A stretch of DNA of 64,000 nt from Alphaproteobacteria bacterium (GTDB lineage: Bacteria; Pseudomonadota; Alphaproteobacteria; SP197). Shown piece by piece: positions 27,420 through 41,993 of this stretch. Both the position numbers and the translations under genes were made by a program. Numbering within the stretch: the stretch's first letter is position 1; each line of letters begins with the position of its first letter. The DNA lies in contig OZ219918.1 of NCBI GenBank assembly GCA_964291415.2, forward strand, positions 512,001 through 576,000. The letters are read 5' to 3'. The notes below the pieces were generated by a model. That model was given only the letters and a program-made list of their open reading frames with translations. It searched no databases and was not told where the DNA came from.

Positions 27420-29240
27420 ATGTCCTGGCAAGGCCAGATCCTGCGTGTCAATCTCACCAAGGGAACCGCTGAAGCCGAACCATTGAACATGGAATGGGCC
27501 AACGCCTATATCGGCGAGCGCGGACTTGGAACGAAGTACCTCTACGAAAATGTGGATCCCAAATGCGATCCGATGGGGCCGGACAACGTCCTCATCTTCG
27601 CCACCGGACCGCTCAACGGAACCATGGCCTCGACCAGCGGCCGCTATGCCGTGCTCTGCAAGAGTCCGCTCACCGGCGCCATCGGCGATTCCAACTCCGG
27701 CGGCAAGTTCGGCGCCTTTCTGAAGTATGCCGGCTACGATCTCCTGCTCGTCGAGGGCAAGGCGGACAAACCGGTCTATCTCCATATCGATGACGACAAC
27801 GTCGAGATCCTGCCGGCGGACGAGATCTGGGGGACCGGCGTCTGGCATACCGAGGAGTGGATCAAGTCCCGTCACCAGAATCCCCAGCTCAAGATCGCCT
27901 CGATCGGCGAGGCCGGGGAGAACGGCGTTCTCTACGCCTGCGTCGTGAATGACCTTCACCGTGCCGCCGGACGCTGCGGCGTCGGCGCCGTCATGGGATC
28001 GAAGAATCTCAAGGCGGTGGCGGCCTATGGCACCAGGGGTGTCACGGTGGACGATCCGGCGAAGTTCATGGAGGTGGTGAAGGACACCCACGCCAAGCTC
28101 GCTGCCAGCGATGGCCGCGAGGAGCTCACCGAGGGCGGCACCCATCCCATGATCGACATGATGCAGGAGTGGGGTGGACTGCCCACCAGGAACTTCCGCG
28201 AGGTCCAGTTCGAAGGCATCGACAAGGTCAATCCCGCGGCAACGACCGCGGCCAACGCCAACGGCCACACCAACCTCATCACCAACAAGGCCTGTTTCGG
28301 GTGCACCATCGCCTGCGGCCGGATCGCCCATATCGATCCGGAGCACTTCACCATCGTCAACCGGCCGGAGTACCGGCATGCTTCGGGTGGCCTGGAGTAC
28401 GAGACGGCCTATGCCTTCGGCCCGGTTGTCGGTGTCGACGATCTCGATTCCCTGACGTTCGCCAACTACATGATGAACGAGCACGGCATGGACCCGATCT
28501 CGTTCGGCGTGACCCTGGCGGCGGCGATGGAGCTCTTCGAGATGGGAGTCCTGACCAAGGACGACACCGACGGCATCGACCTCGGCTTCGGCAGTTCCGA
28601 AGGACTGGCTGTCATGGCGGAGAAGACCGGCAAGGGCGAAGGTTTCGGCAAGGAACTGGCCCTGGGCTCCAAGCGGCTGTGCGAGAAGTATGGTCACCCG
28701 GAACTCTTCATGGGCGTGAAGGGCCAGGAGTTCGCCGGCTACGACAGCAGGGCCCTGCAGGGCATGGGACTGGGCTACGCGACCTCCAATCGCGGTGCCT
28801 GCCATCTCAAGCACGATGTCTTCGGCCCCGACATGGAGGACATTTCCGGCAACGGCAAGGCGGCCCCGGTCAAGGAGAGCCAGGACATGGTCTCGATGAT
28901 CGATTCCACCGGCCTCTGCCTGTTCACCACCGCCGGCTGGGGACCGGAAGATTTCGTCGCCCAGCTTGACGCGGCACTCCCCGGGGACTGGACCCTGGAG
29001 CGGTGCATCGAATCGGGTGAAAGGACATGGACTCTCGAGCGAATGTTCAACATGGCAGCCGGGTTGACGGCTGCCGATGACACCCTGCCGCCGCGCATGC
29101 TGAACGAGCCGGTGCCGTCGGGAAGCGCCAAGGGCAAGGTCAGCGAACTCTCGAAGATGCTGCCGGAGTACTACAGCCTGCGCGGCTGGACGGAGGCGGG
29201 TCAGCCGACCAACGAGACCCTGGCGCGCCTTGGTCTTTGA
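27420..29240 (+). CDS. aorB: Aldehyde ferredoxin oxidoreductase (tungstopterin AOR family) catalytic subunit
   Basis: KSPLTG, AAGR.G.GAVMGSKNLKA, CFGCTIAC, EYET, G.D.IS.G, RGACH, DSTGLC.F, EYY..RGW. Confidence 0.93.
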   Translation: MSWQGQILRVNLTKGTAEAEPLNMEWANAYIGERGLGTKYLYENVDPKCDPMGPDNVLIFATGPLNGTMASTSGRYAVLCKSPLTGAIGDSNSGGKFGAFLKYAGYDLLLVEGKADKPVYLHIDDDNVEILPADEIWGTGVWHTEEWIKSRHQNPQLKIASIGEAGENGVLYACVVNDLHRAAGRCGVGAVMGSKNLKAVAAYGTRGVTVDDPAKFMEVVKDTHAKLAASDGREELTEGGTHPMIDMMQEWGGLPTRNFREVQFEGIDKVNPAATTAANANGHTNLITNKACFGCTIACGRIAHIDPEHFTIVNRPEYRHASGGLEYETAYAFGPVVGVDDLDSLTFANYMMNEHGMDPISFGVTLAAAMELFEMGVLTKDDTDGIDLGFGSSEGLAVMAEKTGKGEGFGKELALGSKRLCEKYGHPELFMGVKGQEFAGYDSRALQGMGLGYATSNRGACHLKHDVFGPDMEDISGNGKAAPVKESQDMVSMIDSTGLCLFTTAGWGPEDFVAQLDAALPGDWTLERCIESGERTWTLERMFNMAAGLTAADDTLPPRMLNEPVPSGSAKGKVSELSKMLPEYYSLRGWTEAGQPTNETLARLGL

Positions 29241-29284
29241 CCCGGTCGACGTCACGGGACGGTGACCGCCGGATGTGTGTATCA

Positions 29285-29312
29285 GGGATTCCGGCCGCAG
29301 GGCCGGAATCCC
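29285..29312 (+). repeat. 12-bp perfect hairpin between aorB and aorC
   Basis: GGGATTCCGGCC-gcag-GGCCGGAATCCC; no clear U tract. Confidence 0.75.
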
Positions 29313-29334
29313 GTCCTTCCTGGAGGGGACAACC

Positions 29335-30594
29335 ATGAACCATGTCATTGTTGGCGCCGGCCCCGCCGGCGTGATCGCGTCGGAAACCCTGGCCCGCATG
29401 GGGCACGGCGGCCGTATCACGGTGTTGTCGGACGAACTGGAGCCGCCCTACTCCAGGATGGCCATTCCCTACCTCCTGGCTGAGGACATCGACGAGGAAG
29501 GGACGTGCCTGCGTCACGCGGCAGGCCACTACGACGGTCTCGGCGTTGCTGTGAAACACGACACCGTGACGGCCATCGATGCGGCGGCGAAATCCCTCTC
29601 CCTCGCCAGCGGCGACAGTCTTGCCTTTGACAGGCTGCTTCTTGCCACCGGAGCGAGCCCCATCCGGCCGCCCATTCCAGGCATGGACCTGGACAAGGTG
29701 ATGTCCTGCTGGACCCTCGCAGACGCCCGCCGGATCATGGAGCACACGAAACCCGGCGACAATGTCGTGCTGATGGGTGCGGGTTTTATCGGATGCATCA
29801 TTCTCGAGGCCCTGGTCGCCCGTCAGGTCAATCTCACCGTGATCGAAATGGCCGATCGCATGGTTGCCCGCATGATGGACAGGACGGGCGGTGACATGAT
29901 TGCCGCATGGTGCCGCGAGAAGGGTGTCGACGTTCACGTGTCGACCCGGGTGAACGGTGTCTCGCGGAACAGCGACGGCTCGCTCACCCTCGATCTCGAG
30001 GGCAAGGCGCCGCTCAACGCGGATCTCGTCGTGTGCGCGACGGGCGTCGCGTCGAACACCGGTTTCCTGGAAGGCAGCGGAATCGAGACCGACATCGGTG
30101 TCGTGGTCGACGAACACCTGGAAACCAGTGTCCCCGGCATCTACGCCGCCGGAGATGTTGCGGCGGGTTTCGATTTCATGACCGGCGGCCATGACGTCCA
30201 TGCCATCCAGCCCACGGCCAGCGAGCACGGGCGCGTCGCGGCGATGAACATGGCGGGCAAACGAACGGCCTACCGTGGCAGCCTGGTCATGAACACGCTC
30301 AACACGCTTGGCCTCATCTCCACGTCCTACGGTCTGTGGGACGGTGTCGAGGGTGGCGATGTCGCCACCGCCGTCGATGCCAGGGCCTACAGGTACCTGA
30401 GGCTGAATTTCCGTGATGACGTTCTTGTGGGTTGCCTGGCGCTGGGCCTCACGCAACACGTCGGTGTGCTGCGTGGCCTCATCCAGACGAAGACGCCGCT
30501 TGGAAAGTGGAAGGATGTCCTGATGGCCGATCCCCACCAGATCATGTCCGCCTACCTTGCCACGGCCCAGGACGCGTCACGCCGCGCTGCATGA
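29335..30594 (+). CDS. aorC: FAD/NAD(P)-dependent oxidoreductase (AorC-like)
   Basis: GAGPAG, LLLATG, GAGFIG, YAAGD; GGAGG RBS. Confidence 0.85.
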   Translation: MNHVIVGAGPAGVIASETLARMGHGGRITVLSDELEPPYSRMAIPYLLAEDIDEEGTCLRHAAGHYDGLGVAVKHDTVTAIDAAAKSLSLASGDSLAFDRLLLATGASPIRPPIPGMDLDKVMSCWTLADARRIMEHTKPGDNVVLMGAGFIGCIILEALVARQVNLTVIEMADRMVARMMDRTGGDMIAAWCREKGVDVHVSTRVNGVSRNSDGSLTLDLEGKAPLNADLVVCATGVASNTGFLEGSGIETDIGVVVDEHLETSVPGIYAAGDVAAGFDFMTGGHDVHAIQPTASEHGRVAAMNMAGKRTAYRGSLVMNTLNTLGLISTSYGLWDGVEGGDVATAVDARAYRYLRLNFRDDVLVGCLALGLTQHVGVLRGLIQTKTPLGKWKDVLMADPHQIMSAYLATAQDASRRAA

Positions 30595-30839
30595 AGATTC
30601 TCGTGAGAACCGCGGGCCTGCTCGGCAAGTACCTGCCGCCCGGGCCCGCGAAGAATCGTGCCGAGATCGATGTGCCGCGGGGTTCCACCATCACCGATGT
30701 GATGAAGCGCCTGGGATTTCCCGAAGGCAGCTACCTGGTGACGCTGAACGGCATGGCGGTCCCGACGGCCGAGCGTGCCACACGGGAACTTGAAAACGGC
30801 GACAATCTGGCGCTCATGCCGCCGCTCAAGGGTGGCTGA
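30591..30839 (+). CDS. MoaD/ThiS family sulfur carrier
   Basis: Ubiquitin-like size (82 aa) ending ..MPPLKGG; overlaps the aorC stop. Confidence 0.88.
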   Translation: MKILVRTAGLLGKYLPPGPAKNRAEIDVPRGSTITDVMKRLGFPEGSYLVTLNGMAVPTAERATRELENGDNLALMPPLKGG

Positions 30840-30845
30840 TACCGG

Positions 30846-31103
30846 TCAGTGAACCTTGTGGCCGAGGTCGATCTTTCGCGGAGTGTGTGCGTCGGTGTCG
30901 ATGTCATAGGCCCGGCGGATCCGGACATTGCGCAGGATCGTCTCGAGGAGGCGCACGGCCTGGGCCTCGTTGTGTGACGGATCCTCGCAGGACCGCCGCA
31001 GCCAGTCGACCATGTCCCGCTCGTTCGCGGCGAGTTCGTCGGCGACATCCTCCACTTCATCGAGCAACCGCTGCACTTCCAGGTACTGCACAAGATCCGT
31101 CAA
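30846..31103 (-). CDS. Small acidic helical hypothetical protein (85 aa)
   Basis: GGAGG 7 nt before TTG 31103; MTDLVQYLEVQRLLDEVE...; host-like codons. Confidence 0.6.
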   Translation of the reverse strand: MTDLVQYLEVQRLLDEVEDVADELAANERDMVDWLRRSCEDPSHNEAQAVRLLETILRNVRIRRAYDIDTDAHTPRKIDLGHKVH

Positions 31104-31577
31104 GGGATTGCCTCCCGGCCCGGCAGTTCCAAGACTGGCCCTTCCATCCCCGCCTGTCCAGATCCAGACCATGCGGTTTCCTTCGCCAAGGTGATCAATC
31201 ACAATGCATCGACGGTGTCTTTCGCAGCTGCCGTCGCCAGCCCCGTCCGTTCGCCATACGGACTGCAGACCGGTGGTACGCAGGCTCTGAAGGAGCTTGG
31301 CGAATTGACATCGTGCCGGGAGTGGTGCCAGCGGTCTGTGGCTCTGCAGAAGCGACAGGAACGGCAGCGACCTCGCGGTCGTCATCGACAATCCACACAG
31401 CGGCTGCCATCGGGCCTGGCCCGGCGTTGACAACGGCGGGGGCACTCTTGTTTGGTGCCGATACAGGTTGCCATTCGCGAGCAGGAAGACGCTGACGAGA
31501 GCGCGTCCAGCCTGTAGCGTCGCGAGGCTGTGTGTACAAGCCAGGGTCGTGCGGACCTGTCACGGCGTGAGGATCCG

Positions 31578-32711
31578 ATGAACGATACGATTGGCGCCCG
31601 CCCCTTCCGCTTCTTCGACAACCGCGAGAAGTACCTGCTCTTTGTCACCACATGCGGCGAAAAATGGGCAATCGGCGAGCGCATAGGCGCGGAGCTTTCC
31701 AGGCTTGCTCCTGAACCTCCTGCATTGCGGGTGTTCGACGCCGGAACCGGCGACGGCACTGTGATGGCCGGTGTCCTCCGACGGCTTCACGGGCACTTTC
31801 CTACCGTGCCGTTTCTCGTTGTCGGGAAGGAGATCAGCCTTGAGGATGTAAGGCTCACCTTGGACAAGCTTCCCGATCGATTCTCCGAGCATCCGCAGAC
31901 CGTCGTGGCGCTCACCAACATGCACTATCGCGAAGCCCCATGGTTGTTGCCGAAGAGGAGCGAAGCGCAACACAACCTCAATTGGCGCGAGGTCGCCCTC
32001 GAAGGTCACACCGCGCACGAGTTCGAACGGCAGATCGCCGATCTCCGCCCGCTTCTGGCCGACTGGTGGAAGGTGCGCACGAGTTCCAGGACCGGCAACC
32101 CGGTTTACGTCGAGCCGTCCGTGATCATTCTCTACCGCTCCGACCACAGATTCATGCTCGATACGGTCATTCCCGGTAGGGGAGCATCTCCGGAAGGCTA
32201 CGACCTCGTTATCGCGGCGCAGCCGTATCGCGCACGCCACGCCGCAGATTTCAAGGTGCGGTTCGTGCTCGAGCCCCTGGCCGCTTCGCTTGCAAAGGGC
32301 GGGCGCATGATCGCCATCCAGTCGACGGGGCAGGATCCGGGCATGGAGATCATCCGCAAGATCTGGCCCGCGGAGGAACCGTTCCGGACTCCGGGACCGG
32401 TGCTCATGCAGGAACTGCGTTCCCGGCTCAAGACTGAGTTTCCGAATCGCGAGTTCGGCATCGACGGCGAGTCGAACAGCATTTTCCGCTATTCCCTGCA
32501 CGTCATGCCGAACGAGGTCGCCGAAAACATCGGGACCTCGACCCGGCTGGCGGCGTGGAATGCCGCGGTGTACGTCGCCCAGATAGACGACGAGCGCATC
32601 ACCCGCGCCATGTCCGGGGGCGCCTACCTCGATGCGACGGCCGAAGTCGTGACGCGCCATGGCGGGCTGTGGTTCGTCGACGAATCGTTCGTGGTCGTAC
32701 GACTCAGATGA
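31578..32711 (+). CDS. Conserved hypothetical protein with class I SAM-methyltransferase-like motif
   Basis: PFRFFDNREKYLLFVTTC.EK N-terminus; RVFDAGTGDG resembles SAM motif I. Confidence 0.75.
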   Translation: MNDTIGARPFRFFDNREKYLLFVTTCGEKWAIGERIGAELSRLAPEPPALRVFDAGTGDGTVMAGVLRRLHGHFPTVPFLVVGKEISLEDVRLTLDKLPDRFSEHPQTVVALTNMHYREAPWLLPKRSEAQHNLNWREVALEGHTAHEFERQIADLRPLLADWWKVRTSSRTGNPVYVEPSVIILYRSDHRFMLDTVIPGRGASPEGYDLVIAAQPYRARHAADFKVRFVLEPLAASLAKGGRMIAIQSTGQDPGMEIIRKIWPAEEPFRTPGPVLMQELRSRLKTEFPNREFGIDGESNSIFRYSLHVMPNEVAENIGTSTRLAAWNAAVYVAQIDDERITRAMSGGAYLDATAEVVTRHGGLWFVDESFVVVRLR

Positions 32712-32716
32712 CGTGA

Positions 32717-35688
<2,972 letters not shown>

Positions 35689-35769
35689 ACGTCTCGCCGG
35701 TGACGGCGGTTGTCATTTTTCGGGTGGTAGGTAGAGTGAGACCGGACGGTCCATGAACCGGATAGTGAC

Positions 35770-36938
35770 GTGAATCTACACGAGTACCAGGCCAAGGCCC
35801 TGTTGTCCGCCAGGGGCGTTCCCGTTCCCCTCGGCCAGGTTGCCGCCAGTGCGGACGACGCGGTTGCCGCCGCGCGAGAGCTGGGCGGGGACGTGTGGGT
35901 GGTCAAGGCCCAGGTGCATGCCGGTGGCCGGGGAAAGGCTGGCGGAATCCGTGTCTGCCGCAGTCTCGACGAGGTGGGGAAGGCCGCGGACGCCATGATC
36001 GGCAGCCGCCTGGTCACCCACCAGACGGGGCCCGATGGCAATCCGGTCAACCTCGTCTACATCGAGGAAGGACTCTCGATCGCCTCCGAACTCTACCTTG
36101 CCATTCTCGTGGACCGCGCCACGGCCTCCATGGCCATCATCGCCTCGCTCGACGGCGGCATGGATATCGAGGAGGTCGCCGCGAAAACGCCTGAACGGAT
36201 TGTCACCCTGGCCATTGATCCCGCTTGCGGACTCCAGCCCTTTCATGGCCGCCGACTTGCCGCCGCCCTGGGACTCGGTGGCGATGTCGCGAAGCAGGCA
36301 TCCGCCATTCTCGGGTCGATGGCGGAGACGTTCCAGGAATTGGATGCCAGCCTCCTGGAGATCAATCCGCTCGTTGTCACCGCCTCGAACGACCTCGTCG
36401 TTCTCGACTGCAAGGTCAACATCGACGACAACGCCCTCTTCCGGCACCCCGATCTCGTTGCCATGCGTGACCCCGACCAGGAAGATCCGGCGGAGCGGGA
36501 GGCCAATGCCATTGGCCTCAACTATGTCAAGCTCGATGGCACCATCGGCTGCATGGTGAACGGCGCCGGCCTTGCCATGGCGACCATGGATATCTGCAAG
36601 CTCGCCGGCGGCGAGCCGGCCAATTTCCTTGATGTCGGGGGTGGCGCCACGAGGGACCAGGTGGCGGCAGCCTTCAGGGTCATCGTCTCGGACGCCAACG
36701 TTCGCGCCATTCTCGTCAACATCTTTGGCGGCATCATGCGTTGCGACGTGATCGCCCAAGGCGTGGTGGACGCGGCGCGGGAACTCGATCTCGAGGTGCC
36801 TGTCATCGTCCGCCTCGAGGGGACCAACGTGGACCAGGGAAAGGCGATACTCCAGCAGTCAGGGATGGCGATCATCCCGGCCGACGATCTCGGCGACGCC
36901 GCTGCCAGAGCCGTGGCGGCCATCGGTGGAGGCGGATG

Positions 36939-36939
<1 letters not shown>
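35770..36939 (+). CDS. sucC: Succinyl-CoA synthetase beta subunit
   Basis: [44 protein letters not shown]. Confidence 0.98.
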
Positions 36940-37814
<875 letters not shown>

Positions 37815-37848
37815 GGGAGGCTGCCCCGCGAGCGGGCAGCGTGACACC

Positions 37849-40728
37849 ATGGACGAGCATAGAGACGACGTCTCCTACCTCTACGGACACAACACGAACT
37901 ACATCGAGGAACTCTACGCACAGTACGTCACGGACCGGTCCCTGGTCGGTGAGGCATGGCGGGAGATCTTCGATGATCTGGCCAGCGACGAGGCGGCCAC
38001 GCGTTCGGAGCTGTCGATCACCCGCGGCCATCACGGCGTGGCGGATCACCACAATGGCGGGCAGGCATCGCCTGTTGCGGTACCGCTGCCGACCGGGGCG
38101 CCGCCGCCGCCGGGCAGCCGGGAATCGGTGGCCGAGTTCGCTCTCGCTCGCGACAGCATCCGCATCCTGATGATGATCCGCGCCTATCGCGTGCGCGGAC
38201 ACCTCGCGGCCGACCTCGATCCCCTTGGGCTCGACAGCGACCGCAATCATCCCGAACTCGAACCGCGGACCTATGGGTTCATCGAGCAGGACTATGGCCG
38301 CGAGTTTTTCGTCGACGGTGTTCTCGGCCTGCAGCGGGCGACCCTTGAACAGATTCTCGATGTCGTGCGCCGGACGTACTGCGGCACCATCGGCGTGGAG
38401 TTCATGCATGTGCAGAGCGCGGAGGAAAAGTCCTGGATCCAGCGCAAGTTCGAGGGATCGCGCAGCGATGCCGAACTCGATTCGGAAGAGAAGAAAAGGG
38501 TGCTCTCGGAGATCACCCGGGCCGAGGGTTTCGAGAAGTTTCTCAACATCAAGTACCCGGGCGCCAAGAGATTCTCCCTCGAGGGCGCCGAGAGCACCAT
38601 CGCCGCCATGGAGACCATCATTCGCGGCGCCGCGCATCTCGGCGTCGAGGAGATCGTCCTCGGCATGCCGCACCGTGGTCGCCTCAACGTGCTCACCAAT
38701 GTCATGGGGAAGCCTTATGCCCAGGTCTTCTCGGAGTTTCACGGGGAGGCAGGGCACCCGGATGCGGTGCAGGGCGCCGGTGATGTCAAGTACCACCTCG
38801 GCACCTCGTCGGACCGGCAGGTCGCCGACGGCCGCACCATTCATCTCTCGCTGACCGCCAATCCCTCCCACCTGGAGGCGGTCTGTCCCGTGGTTCAGGG
38901 GCGGGTGCGTGCCAAGCAGGCCCTCGCCGATGACGACGACCGCAAGAAGGTCATGGGCCTGCTCCTGCACGGAGACGCGGCGTTCGCCGGCCAGGGCCTG
39001 GTGGCCGAGACCCTGGGCATGTCGGAGCTGCGTGGACACAAGACGGGTGGCACCATCCACCTTATCGTCAACAACCAGATCGGCTTCACGACGAGCCCGA
39101 AGTACTCGCGATCGTCACCCTATCCCAGTGATGTGGCCAAGATGGTGATGGCGCCGATCTTCCACGTGAACGGTGACGACCCCGAGGCGGTCGTTCACGT
39201 TGCCAAGCTGGCGGTCAAGTACCGCCAGGAATTTGGGCGCGATGTCGTCGTCGACATCTTCTGCTACCGCCGGCATGGCCACAACGAGGGGGACGAGCCG
39301 GCGTTCACGCAACCGTTGATGTACGGACAGATCGCCAAGCAGGCGACCACGCGCGAACTCTATGCCGAGAGGCTGGTGTCCGAAGGAGCCATCGTGCCCG
39401 CCGAATCCGAGGCCATCAGCCGCAGCTACTACCAGGTGCTGGACGAGGCCCTGGAGGCGGCGGCGGGATTCCGCACCAACAAGGTCGACTGGCTGGAGGG
39501 GGTCTGGTCGGGGATCGAGGTCGCCGACAGGGATGGCGCACGGCGCGGCAAGACAGCCGTGACTGTGGACGACCTGCGCGGTATCGGCCGCGCCATCTGC
39601 ACGATTCCCGAAAACCACAACGTTCACCGGAAACTCCGGCGCATCATCGACCAGCGCCGGGAGATGATCGAATCGGGCCGCAACATCGACTGGGCCACGG
39701 CCGAGGCACTGGCTTTCGGCACGTTGTGCTACGAACGGGCCAACGTGCGCCTGTCGGGCCAGGACTGCGGCCGCGGCACCTTCAGTCAGCGCCATTCCGT
39801 CCTGGTGGACCAGGAAACCGAAGAACGCTTCATCCCCCTCAATCACATCAGCGAGGATCAGGGCACCTTCGAAGTGATCGACAGCATGTTGTCGGAAGCG
39901 GCGATCCTCGGATTCGAGTACGGCTACAGCCTTGCCGATCCCAACACGCTGGTCCTGTGGGAGGCCCAGTTCGGCGATTTCTCGAATGGCGCCCAGGTGA
40001 TCATCGACCAGTTTCTCTCGGCCGGGGAGAGCAAGTGGTTCCGCATGTCGGGGCTCGTCATGCTGTTGCCCCACGGCTACGAGGGCCAGGGCCCCGAACA
40101 CAGTTCGGCCAGGCCCGAGCGCTATCTCCAGCTGGCCGCCGAAGACAACCTGCAGATCGCCAATTGTTCCACGCCGGCCTCCTATTTCCACATCCTGCGC
40201 CGGCAGATGAAGCGCAAGTTCCGGAAGCCGATTGTCATCTTCACGCCGAAGTCCCTGCTGCGGCACCGGCGCTGCGTGTCGGGCATCGAGGAGTTTTCCG
40301 GCGACACGCAATTCCACCGCATGCTCTGGGACCTCGATGACGCCAATCGGGGCGAGGACATCGCCCGCCTCGTCCTGTGCACGGGCAAGGTCTACTATGA
40401 CCTTCTCGAGAAGCGCGAAGAGCTTGGCCTCGCCAACACCACGCTGGCGCGGGTCGAGCAACTGTCGCCGTTTCCGGTCGACCTGGTCCAGGAAGTCGTC
40501 GACGTCTATCCCGGCGCCGAGGTCATCTGGTGCCAGGAGGAGCCGCGCAACATGGGTGCCTGGACCTATGTGCGCGACAAGCTTGACCAGGCGATCGAGG
40601 CAGGAACGCTGACAATGCCCCCGATCCGCTATGTTGGCCGGCCTGACGCCGCTTCGCCGGCGACGGGTTACATCAGGGTCCATGAACGCGAGCAGGAGGC
40701 GCTGGTGTGCCAGGCGCTCACGGGTTGA
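37849..40728 (+). CDS. sucA: 2-oxoglutarate dehydrogenase E1
   Basis: KRFSLEG, GMPHRGRLN, NPSHLE, HGDAAFAGQG, WEAQFGDF, GPEHSSAR. Confidence 0.98.
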   Translation: MDEHRDDVSYLYGHNTNYIEELYAQYVTDRSLVGEAWREIFDDLASDEAATRSELSITRGHHGVADHHNGGQASPVAVPLPTGAPPPPGSRESVAEFALARDSIRILMMIRAYRVRGHLAADLDPLGLDSDRNHPELEPRTYGFIEQDYGREFFVDGVLGLQRATLEQILDVVRRTYCGTIGVEFMHVQSAEEKSWIQRKFEGSRSDAELDSEEKKRVLSEITRAEGFEKFLNIKYPGAKRFSLEGAESTIAAMETIIRGAAHLGVEEIVLGMPHRGRLNVLTNVMGKPYAQVFSEFHGEAGHPDAVQGAGDVKYHLGTSSDRQVADGRTIHLSLTANPSHLEAVCPVVQGRVRAKQALADDDDRKKVMGLLLHGDAAFAGQGLVAETLGMSELRGHKTGGTIHLIVNNQIGFTTSPKYSRSSPYPSDVAKMVMAPIFHVNGDDPEAVVHVAKLAVKYRQEFGRDVVVDIFCYRRHGHNEGDEPAFTQPLMYGQIAKQATTRELYAERLVSEGAIVPAESEAISRSYYQVLDEALEAAAGFRTNKVDWLEGVWSGIEVADRDGARRGKTAVTVDDLRGIGRAICTIPENHNVHRKLRRIIDQRREMIESGRNIDWATAEALAFGTLCYERANVRLSGQDCGRGTFSQRHSVLVDQETEERFIPLNHISEDQGTFEVIDSMLSEAAILGFEYGYSLADPNTLVLWEAQFGDFSNGAQVIIDQFLSAGESKWFRMSGLVMLLPHGYEGQGPEHSSARPERYLQLAAEDNLQIANCSTPASYFHILRRQMKRKFRKPIVIFTPKSLLRHRRCVSGIEEFSGDTQFHRMLWDLDDANRGEDIARLVLCTGKVYYDLLEKREELGLANTTLARVEQLSPFPVDLVQEVVDVYPGAEVIWCQEEPRNMGAWTYVRDKLDQAIEAGTLTMPPIRYVGRPDAASPATGYIRVHEREQEALVCQALTG

Positions 40729-40767
40729 CTGCCGCACGCCGCCCTCGAACTTAAGGAAGACCACGCC

Positions 40768-41970
40768 ATGCCAGTCGACATTACGGTCCCGCAACTGGGG
40801 GAATCGGTCGCCGAGGCGACCGTCGCCACCTGGCTCAAACAAAAGGGCGAGACGGTCAACAAGGACGAGCCGTTGCTCGAACTCGAAACCGACAAGGCCA
40901 CCATGGAGGTCTACGCGCCGGTTGCCGGCATCATTACCGATATCCTCCACGCGGAGGGCGCCGATGTTGCCGTCGGCGCCGTGGTGGGACGTATCACCGC
41001 AGGTGCAGGAGACGTTCGTCCGGAGAAGCCGGTGGAAGCGAACCTGTCGCCGGCCGTGCGCCGCGCCCTCGCCGAACACGGTCTTGATGCTGCGGATGTC
41101 ACGGGGACCGGCAAGGACGGACGGCTGACCAAGGCCGACGTTCTGGAGCACGCCAGACGCACTGCCGAGTCCCCGCCGGCCACTGCCACGCCCGCGCCGC
41201 AGACGGTGCCGGACCCGCCGGCTGCTCCCCAACCGGCAACATCGGTCCCACCGTCACCTCCTGACCCGGAGGGGCGCGAGGAACGGGTGCGCATGAACCG
41301 CCTGAGGAAGAGAATTGCCGAGAGACTGAAGGCTGCCCAGAACACGGCGGCAATGCTGACGACCTTCAACGAGGCGGACATGACGGCCGTCATGGAGGCC
41401 CGGCGGACCTACCGCGATCTCTTCGAGAGGAAACACGGCGTACGCCTTGGCTTCATGTCCTTCTTCGTGCACGCCGCGGTCCAGGCTCTCATGGACGTCC
41501 CCGCCGTCAACGGCGAGATCGCCGGAGACGAGATCGTCTACAAGCACTACTACCATGTCGGCGTTGCGGTGAGTGCACCGCAGGGTCTTGTCGTGCCGGT
41601 GCTGCGTGATGCCGATCGCATGTCTCTTGCCGATGTCGAGAAGGCCATCGCGGCCTTCGCTGCAAAGGCACGCGACGGCAATCTCGTTCCCGATGACCTT
41701 ACCGGCGGTACGTTCACGATCTCGAACGGCGGCATCTTCGGTTCGCTCTTGTCAACCCCGATTCTCAATCCGCCGCAGTCGGCCATTCTCGGCATGCACA
41801 AGATCCAGGAGCGACCCGTCGTCGTGGCAGGAGAGGTGGTCGCGAGACCCATGATGTACCTCGCACTCTCCTATGATCACCGCATCATCGACGGACGCGA
41901 GGCGGTGACCTTCCTGGTGCGGATCAAGGAGGCCATCGAGGACCCGCAGCGCCTGTTGCTGAAGATCTGA
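40768..41970 (+). CDS. sucB: Dihydrolipoamide succinyltransferase E2
   Basis: Lipoyl ETDKA, E3-binding [20 protein letters not shown]. Confidence 0.98.
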   Translation: MPVDITVPQLGESVAEATVATWLKQKGETVNKDEPLLELETDKATMEVYAPVAGIITDILHAEGADVAVGAVVGRITAGAGDVRPEKPVEANLSPAVRRALAEHGLDAADVTGTGKDGRLTKADVLEHARRTAESPPATATPAPQTVPDPPAAPQPATSVPPSPPDPEGREERVRMNRLRKRIAERLKAAQNTAAMLTTFNEADMTAVMEARRTYRDLFERKHGVRLGFMSFFVHAAVQALMDVPAVNGEIAGDEIVYKHYYHVGVAVSAPQGLVVPVLRDADRMSLADVEKAIAAFAAKARDGNLVPDDLTGGTFTISNGGIFGSLLSTPILNPPQSAILGMHKIQERPVVVAGEVVARPMMYLALSYDHRIIDGREAVTFLVRIKEAIEDPQRLLLKI

Positions 41971-41993
41971 ACGGGCTTTGAGGGAGAGCGATC

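Noticed and set aside
26634-29420. 928-aa minus-strand ORF, and similar long antisense ORFs (39115-41232, 50580-52091, 54090-55757, 19342-20802)
   Set aside because: They lie exactly opposite well-supported genes and have no motifs; stop-poor antisense frames are expected with high GC3.
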